NCBI RefSeq assembly: GCF_964204645.1
Contig: NC_134026.1
Location: forward strand, 20,308,150 to 20,372,149
Origin: Tubulanus polymorphus
Taxonomy: Eukaryota > Animalia > Nemertea
Direction: 5' to 3'
DNA: 64,000 nucleotides
Positions within the stretch are counted from its first letter, which is position 1; each line of letters starts with the position of its first letter. A program made the translations under genes and the position numbers. Below, one piece after another: positions 13,301-22,300 of the stretch. The notes beneath the pieces are model-generated. The model ran no database searches and was not told where the DNA came from. It saw only the letters and a program-made list of their open reading frames with translations.

Positions 13301-16300
13301 ATTCAAGTAGAAATTGTTATTATTTTCATATTTTTCATTTTTTAATGAGCTCGACCCTTCGACCTTTGGCCTGAAAGCCCATTACCCCTATTACTGATGT
13401 TTTAATGGAACCCGCAACACCAGCTATCCCGATAGATGGCGTGACGAGCTATAGGTCTTCCGTTGTCAAAATTAGTTCATTTTCAGTGAACTTTGAACTT
13501 AATTTTTAGACTCTGTTACGGATGAAACTCCAGGGCCGAAATACCCAATTCTTTTTCGGATCCAAGCTCCAGGGTCGAACTAAAACCCATAAAACTAACG
13601 ACGACTCCAGACGTATAATATTACAAAGCACGTACATTTATTAAAGTACTGTGGCTGGGACTCTCTGTGGTCAGTCAACAGATATTTATATAGGTACAGT
13701 TTATAGGGGTAAGTCAAGTATAAAGTACACTGAATCATTCACACTTATAACAGACTGAAGTCAGTATACCGTATAAACACTATACATACCATAACTATTC
13801 AATAACTGGGTAACACAACTGGGTAACACCCTCACCCTTAAAAGATTCAGAGATGTATTTCTAGAAAAAATACATGTACATACATTCTACAAAATTCGAC
13901 AAAAATACAAACAAACACATATTTAATCTTCAGATCATAACAATTCGGAATATTTCAACAATACATTACACATTAATTATTACATGATATTATGAGCGCG
14001 AAAGGGCATCTGAAACCACATTACAGCGTCCTTTAATGTGTCTTATGTCTAAGTCATACGACTGCAATATCACACTCCAAGCCATGAGACGCTTATTCTT
14101 GTTCTGCATCTTGTACAAGAAAGTTAATGGATTGTGATCTGTAAATATAACTACTGGAAAGATTTTCATACTTGTATAAACATCAAAATGTTCCAAAGCT
14201 AAGATTATAGACAGACATTCTTTCTCAATTGTCGAGTAATTTTTCTGCGCAGCTACAAACTTCTTTGAAAAGAAACACAAAGGATGTTCTAAACCGTCAT
14301 CATCATCTTGAGCTAAAACTGCGCCAGCACCCGAATCACTGGCGTCAACAGTAAGCTTGAATTGTTTATCGAAATTTGGAGCTGCGAGAATAGGAGTTGA
14401 CATCAACAAATGTTTTACCGATTGAAAAGATTTCTCACAAGTTTCACTCCAGTCAAATTTTGCATCCTTTTTCAGCAACTCGGTCAAAGGAACAGTGACT
14501 TGTGCGAAATTTTTACAAAACTTTCTATAGTATCCCGCCATTCCTAAAAAACGCATGATGTCACGCTTGTTAGAAGGTGGTGAATACTCAATTATAGCTT
14601 TGACTTTTGCATCTATGGGGCGTACTTGACCTTGTCCCACTATATGGCCTAGATATTTAACTGTGGCCTTACCAAATTCGCTTTTTTCTAAATTAACAGT
14701 TAAATTAGCTTCGGTGAGATTATGAAACAGATCTTTTATTTGTTGTAGATGTTCTTCCCAAGTGTCGGAAAAAACAATGATATCATCCAAATATACTACA
14801 ACACATACTAGCCCGCGCACTACTTTGTTCATTAACCGCTGAAAGGTGGGGGCAGAATTCTTCATGCCAAAAGGCATTACACGATATTGAAATAATCCGT
14901 CAGGGGTCACAAAAGCGCTTATTTCTTTAGCTCTTTCAGAAAGAGGTACCTGCCAGTACCCTTTCGTTAGGTCGAATTTACTGACATATTTGGCTCGGCC
15001 AATGCGATCAATAAGATCGTCGACTCGTGGCATTGGGTAACTATCAGACTTAGTCACAGCATTGACTTTTCTAAAGTCAGTTACAAAACGCCACTTACCT
15101 CCAGGTTTGGGTACTAGCAAGCAGGGAGAACTCCACTCACTTTCACTAGGCTCAGCTACGGCCATTTTAATCATAGAAATAACCTCCTGTTTCATAATTT
15201 CACCTTTTTGTGGGTTCACTCTATAATGATGCTGTTTGATAGGAGTAGCATCCCCAACATCGACATCATGAGATGCCCAAGATGTTAGACCAGGTTGATC
15301 TGTAAAAAGATGCTTATTGTCGTTAATAAGTTGCAATAATTGATCTTTTTCTTTTGAACCCAAATGACAAACTTTTTCATCTATATTGTTTATTGCCTTG
15401 CTGTTATTGAAACCAGGTGCAATAGGAACTAATTTAGAACTATCGAAATCAGATTCTAGATGCAATGGATCTTCAATATAATTTGAAATACATATTTCAT
15501 TAGAATTATTTTCAGCAATTGAAATCATACCGAGAGACTGTGGACGATCTATGTAACGTTTCAACATATTAACATGGCATAATTGAGTAGCTTTTCTACG
15601 GTCAGGCGTTGAAACAATATAATTCACATCGTTCACTTTTTCTTGCACTACATACGGACCATGAAATTTAGCTTTAAACGGATGACCTTTCAATGGAAAT
15701 AACACCAAAACTTTATCATCTTTTTTGAACTCTCTATTACGAGCTTTTTTGTCATACCAGGTTTTCATACGTCCCTGTGCTTGCTTTAGGTGCATACGAG
15801 CACATTCCCATGCAGAATACAACCGTTCTTTGAAATTGGAAATATATGTTAACAAATTAATTTCATCAGTTTTATCAAGCCATCTTTCTTTAATTAGTTT
15901 TAATGGACCTCTAACCTGGTGACCAAATACCAACTCAAAAGGGCTAAATCCCAGGGATTCTTGAACTGCTTCTCTCATAGCAAAAAGTAGAAATGGTACT
16001 GCCTCATCCCAATCTTTCTCATGTTGTGTACTATATGTTCGAAGCATTGTTTTGAGGGTCTGATGGAAACGTTCAAGAGCTCCCTGAGATTCAGGGTGGT
16101 AAGCGCTAGAAATATTTTGTTTAATTCCTAACTGATACATAACCTGTTGGAATATATTGGATACGAAGTTCGAACCTTGATCAGACTGCACCGATGTCGG
16201 TAACCCAAACAGCGTAAAAAATTTAACCAATGCTTTGCAGATAAGTGGTGCAGTTATATTCCTTAACGGTATAGCTTCAGCGAAACGTGTTGCTTTACAC

Positions 16301-19300
16301 ATTATTGTCAACAAATACTGAAACCCTGATTTAGTTTTCGGTAATGGACCTACACAATCGCAAATAACCTCTGCAAACGGCTCCCCGAACGCTGGAATCG
16401 GAATAAGAGGTGCAGGGGGTATTATCTGGTTAGGCTTACCAGACTCCTGGCATGGTCGACAGGATGCACAAAAATTTTGAACATCACGCTTTAAACCAGG
16501 CCAGAAAAAATGATTTAAGACTTTGTTGTAAGTCTTGGTGACTCCCAGATGACCAGCAAGCGAAGTTTCATGAGCTAAACTTAAAATATCATTCCGATAT
16601 GGTGTTGGAACAACTATCTGATGATAAACTTTCCATTCATTACTTGCTGGAACATCTGGAGGTCGCCATTTACGCATCAACACTCCAGACTGAAAATAAT
16701 ATCCAGAAGGAGTACCAGTTAATGATTCAATTGAATCGGAAGCAGAATTTAAAAATGTCTTGAACTCTGGTTCAACATTCTGCAAATCAATAAGGTTTGA
16801 CCTTGATGATACATCTTTATTAGATGAAATGAAACCGGTAGACGTTTCGTCAAAAATTCGACCAAGAAACGAATCACTTAAATCTACCATTTCATTAGAA
16901 AACTCTTTGTTTTCTAAACAGGGCTTAGATCCCATTATCTTATCAGCACATCGCGACATAGCCCTAGTAGTTACACATGATGGGAAAATTCCAGGATATG
17001 TTTTCTCTAAACTTTCAGTATCTACATTAAGTAGAGGATCTGTAGTGACTAAAGGGTTAATGTGTACTCTACCACCAGCCAAGTCATTACCGAGGAGCAT
17101 AGATACACCCAAAATAGGTAGTGACGACTGAACGCCCACAACTACAGAACCGCGAACTAAATCAGAATCCAGATAAACTCTGTGGAGTGGAACTTTGATA
17201 ATTTCCGAACCTACTCCTCTAATGAGAACATGTTCACCGATAAAAGTACTACCAGATAACGGTAAAAGACTCTCCAACATTAAAGTTTGAGAGGCACCCG
17301 TATCGCGAAGTAATTTAATACTCACTGGTTCATCGGTACTTTCGAATGACAATAAAGCGTCTACTATAAATGGATTATAACTCTTGCTATACAATGGTTG
17401 AACTGCAGGGTTGGATTTAATACGTTGAGTTGCTGTAAGACCGGTTTTGTCTCTGATCTCTGGTTCTCTCCCCTCTCATTCTTTTTCTGAAGAGAAAAAC
17501 ATGTACTTAGAGTATGACCGGATTTTTTACAGTAATTGCACCAAATACCTTTATTTCTTCTACTCTGAGTCCAATTTTGCGTATTACTATGATTATTGAA
17601 ATTTCTTTGAAATTTTGACACATTTCGAGAATCCGAAGCCGGAAAATTACTAGCAGAACTTGACTCAAAGCTGATTTTGTGTGTCAGAGCATAATCATCA
17701 GCAGAGCTGGCAGCTTTTGACAAACTATCTATTTTCTGTTCATCGACATATGTTCTAATATCACTATTAATACATTGTTTAAATTCCTCTACTAACAACA
17801 ATTGTTTCAAAGAATCATAGTCTTTTACATCTTTTGAATCACACCAACGACTAAATAACGTTTCCTTTTCTCTGGCAAACTCAACATATGTTTCATTGGG
17901 AGATTTTTTTCGATTACGAAACTTCTGTCTATAAGCTTCCGGTACAAGTTCGTAAGCTTTTAATATAGCAGTCTTAACTATATCATAGTCAGCACTTTCT
18001 TCGGCATAGAGAGATGAATATGCTTCTTGAGCTTTTCCAATCAAAACACTTTGGAGTAGCAATGTCCAACACTCTCTAGGCCACTTTAGATTATTGGCTA
18101 CTTTCTCAAAATGTAAAAAGTACTTATCTATTTCAGCTTCTTGAAATTTCGGTACTAGACGTATGTGACGAGTGACATCGAACTCATTCCTATGTGCAGG
18201 AAAGCCTTGCGGAGCACGTGACTCCAACTCCAAAAAGCGCAGCTGATGTTCACTCTCAAGACGTTTGATTTCTAATTGGTGTTTGCGTTCTCGTTCTCGT
18301 TCCTTCGCTTCGAACTCGAGCTCCATTCTACGAATTAATGTAGCTTCCGTTTCTCCGGCCTCATTTTCTGTCTTCTCAGGAATCGCCTGCTGCATTTCAA
18401 CGTCGCTTAAAAGACCAGATTTGACGCAATGTTCTATAATACAGAGTTTAATATGTTCCTTTTTCTGTGATTTTCTAAATGAGACGTTATAATGCTCAGC
18501 AAGCTGAACTAATTCACTTTTACGTAAAGTCTCAATTTGTTCGCTACTTGGCGAATCAATAAACGATTCCACAGAGGGCAACATATCTACGAGCCCAAAA
18601 CGATACCAAATATGAAACGGTACAGTACCTTTATAAAACAGCACAGATAACAACAGAAGTACTGCAAAAACTTTTCCTCGTTTCATTGGTTCTGCCACAA
18701 ACACGTCCAAATGTGCAAAAAGTCGTCTTCAAAGTCCGTGGCTCCCGGACGAGCCCCCAATTTCTGTTACGGATGAAACTCCAGGGCCGAAATACCCAAT
18801 TCTTTTTCGGATCCAAGCTCCAGGGTCGAACTAAAACCCATAAAACTAACGACGACTCCAGACGTATAATATTACAAAGCACGTACATTTATTAAAGTAC
18901 TGTGGCTGGGACTCTCTGTGGTCAGTCAACAGATATTTATATAGGTACAGTTTATAGGGGTAAGTCAAGTATAAAGTACACTGAATCATTCACACTTATA
19001 ACAGACTGAAGTCAGTATACCGTATAAACACTATACATACCATAACTATTCAATAACTGGGTAACACAACTGGGTAACATGCACACATTATCACAGCACC
19101 CGCCAACTATACAATAAACTAATTTTTCAACTCAGATATCGGTATAGTTTTCATTGATAATCGATTCATTTAAGAAAAAGTCCACTCAATTTTAATTGAA
19201 ATATAGTAGAAATCGAACGCGGAAGACCAACCTACTAGCGACTCCGTGCGGATCCTCGCTTGCCATACGGGGAATCATCGATTGCCACAGTAGCGGCCCG

Positions 19301-22300
19301 ATACCCCATTAGCAGAGCGCCTTGATTTATGATTCCGACGCAATCAATCAATGATCGTGTAAGTTGTATTTATAATCTCAATCGGATTTCAGGATATGTT
19401 TCCTAGTTTCAAGTATTTCCCGGTTGGACATTTGAAGATTATGCACGCTACAACAATGGGCCATAGAAAGTAGGTGATATTTTATACACATATTTTGAAA
19501 TTTCAATGATATGGACTGAAATATGGCCCTTGATTCAACCCGCGTTCCATCTCCCAGGGGCCCTCAGATGACGTCTCCTACTACAGCCTATCCGATACCA
19601 GTGATGCCTTCAGCGGAGAAAATCCTTTTTCTAGCTTTACTGCTACAATGGAATGAACAAGGAGAATGCGAAGGTAAATGCGGTATATCCAGTATACCCT
19701 GTAGCTCATAAGTGACATAGATAAGACAGTGTAAAAACGGGTGTCATAATGTGGTAAAAAAAACTATGGTTTATTAATGGCCGATGTCAAAATAGCAGTG
19801 ACTGTTCACGATTGATAAGACACTATATCCGTATTATGAAGATAATAAAGAGAGAATCTCACAATAGTAAAGCAAAAAAAGTCCGAATTTTTTGTTTCCT
19901 AGAGTAGTAGTTTATTCGACGTTTCTACTATATTATAATAGTCATCTTCATGAATATTAGATTGCCTGCTGTTTTATTGACCAAAAGCCCCTGTATAGTT
20001 TTTTTGTTTGTTTCGAAGTTGTTCTTCATGAATCTATTTCGGAATTTATTCGGGTCCTTATTTTTATACATCGGTATCTATCTGCTGTGTATTTCAGACG
20101 ACGTCACAGACATCGCTAAATATCGCAATCGGTACGAATTCATCGAGCTCATTACCACGAACCGAACGGAAACCGGTACATCGAGATCGCAGACGACAGT
20201 TCTAGTTGCTACACTCGTCAATCCAGCCGGACGCGTACACTGCACCAAAGACGTCTCGATTGAATTCAACAGAATTCCCCGTAATGAGGTTAATACATCC
20301 GCAAGCTTTCATATTTTGTGCGAATGTTTCGTTTCGAAGTCATTTTTGACACGATAAGCGTACTTTCTATCCATTTGTTGTTGTTGTAGGAAAATTCGCA
20401 CATCCATGTTGTGGAAATGGACTGCGGTCCATACACCGAAGGTTTCTGGACAGTTCAGGTTCAACAAATGACCAGGAATCAGGTATGTATATCGATGTAC
20501 ATGCAGAATGTATGAGTTCTAAAATGCGCAAAATGCCATGCTTGGTGCTGAGCGGTTGAAAGTAACGTCATGATTTTTGCGGCAAATGTACGCGGGCTTC
20601 TATCGCAGCAAATAAACCAACTTAATTCCAGTTGACTATACTAGATTTTATATTTTCTTAAGCTATCAATGCGATGGCTAAATGATGTGTACAGTGAGAC
20701 TTGCCAAATATAACGTTCACTTCATGAGAATACATTCCCGACATGTCCGTGTAAATCCCTGCCGTGGAGCGGATTCATTTTGTCATCATCTCATAGTTCC
20801 TTGGAAGTAACGAACGATGCAGGGGTAAATCCAAGAGAGGGTGCAGGGGGTGCGTACCCCCTCTTAGAAAAGTCAATTTGTCCTGAAATTTTACGGGAAA
20901 ATATTAAACTAATACATAAAAGATATTAAATTCATAAGCTTGTTGTCTATATTTCTATTGATGAGTTAATGTTTTCCGAGGAGCTTTCTTTTGGACTTCT
21001 TTTAATCATATGATATGCCCTATTGTCGAGGTGCATCCCTTCCTAAATCAGACACTAGATCCACACCTGAAATGTTAGTACATAACTGTGGCAGCAGTGA
21101 CAGTGAATGTGAACATATTTTTTTCGCATAGCATTGTTTTAATTCAATGGTGCATAAAATTCAATATTTCGATATGAAAATAAACAGTGCCGTGTGTTTA
21201 GTATATCTTTGAAATTCTAGAATCGGGATAAACCAGCTTACGAATACGAATTGACATTCTACATGTATGATTTCCACTACAGACCGATTCTACCGATAGG
21301 TAAGTGTGTGTAAATGTGGGTCTAGATACATAGGAGTTATTATTATGATAAGAATCAACATTTTGGATCACCAATCCTCCGTATGCACTATAATATTTTC
21401 AGAAATAGTTCGAAAGTTAATGAAATTCAAGGACGTCGCTCCCATGAATATCGACGACAAATACTATTTTCAATCAAGATCAAATATTAAGGTATTCGGG
21501 CATTTATTGTTGATAGGCGGCAATTAGCTTTTAATGAAATGAAATAATCTACAGTCCAGGGCCAACTTCCGTAGTTCTGGCTAAATATTTGACTGTGGAC
21601 TAAAACGCTGAAATGTGGTAATCATAGATTCATATAATCGAGAACTGTGGAATTGGTTACAGTACCTAGACTCGCAGTGAGTTAAGAATTGACATTGAAA
21701 CTTTGTCCAGCAAAAATGAAATTATTCCATGTGGACTGTTCTTTCGAGACACTTAAAAAGATTGTTTCGTTCCCACGAGACACTTTTCGTTCCCACGAAA
21801 AACCTTTCGTTCCCCTGAAAAACATTTCATTCGAACGAAAGGGATTTCGTTCCCACGTGGAAGAATATTTATTTTTCACCATGTCACCTCCGGGGCTCCG
21901 CAAAATTGTACAAAAAAGCAGATCTCTTAAACTTCATTTCAGTCAAACGTTGGCGAGAATAATGCGATGAAAAGGAAGCCGTGGTACAGTCCGCTCGATC
22001 GAGCCGTGAACAATTATGACGCAGTTCTCACTTTGCGGAAGGATTTATCGTTCGTTTTGGAATTACTCGAAAGCATCCGCCAGTCAGAGATTCATAGACA
22101 GGATCAGTTGCTTATGGGAATTGCTAGTTTTCTAAGCTCAAAACACCCGCTTCTCAAATCCGTGATAGACGAATGGCGAATCGAAGGCGAAAACCGACTC
22201 GTCGAACTTGCAGAGGATTTAAACGAACTCTATCGAATAGTGCACTTGGTATTGCCCGTTTTGCCATTGTTTCGCACTCGCAAAGTTCCACCAGATATAC

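Larger units (their letters stand above)
11125..13395. mobile_element. Non-autonomous Maverick/Polinton-like DNA element (2271 bp)
   Basis: 142-bp TIRs (11125-11266 and 13254-13395, identical by eye) starting AGTAATAGGGG and ending CCCCTATTACT. Perfect 6-bp TSD GATGTT (11119-11124, 13396-13401). 5'-AG...CT-3' ends, long TIRs and 6-bp TSDs are Polinton hallmarks. Interior is very AT-rich with no pPolB, integrase or capsid gene. Confidence 0.8.
13514..19079 (-). mobile_element. Full-length Ty3/Gypsy LTR retrotransposon, Gmr1-type (integrase upstream of RT)
   Basis: Two 315-bp TGTTAC...GTAACA LTRs, PBS, PPT, gag and pol with domain order PR-IN-RT-RH. Confidence 0.95.

Noticed and set aside
15725-18895. 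Plus-strand ORFs within the retrotransposon
   Set aside because: Short antisense shadows of gag/pol/LTR with no recognisable motifs.
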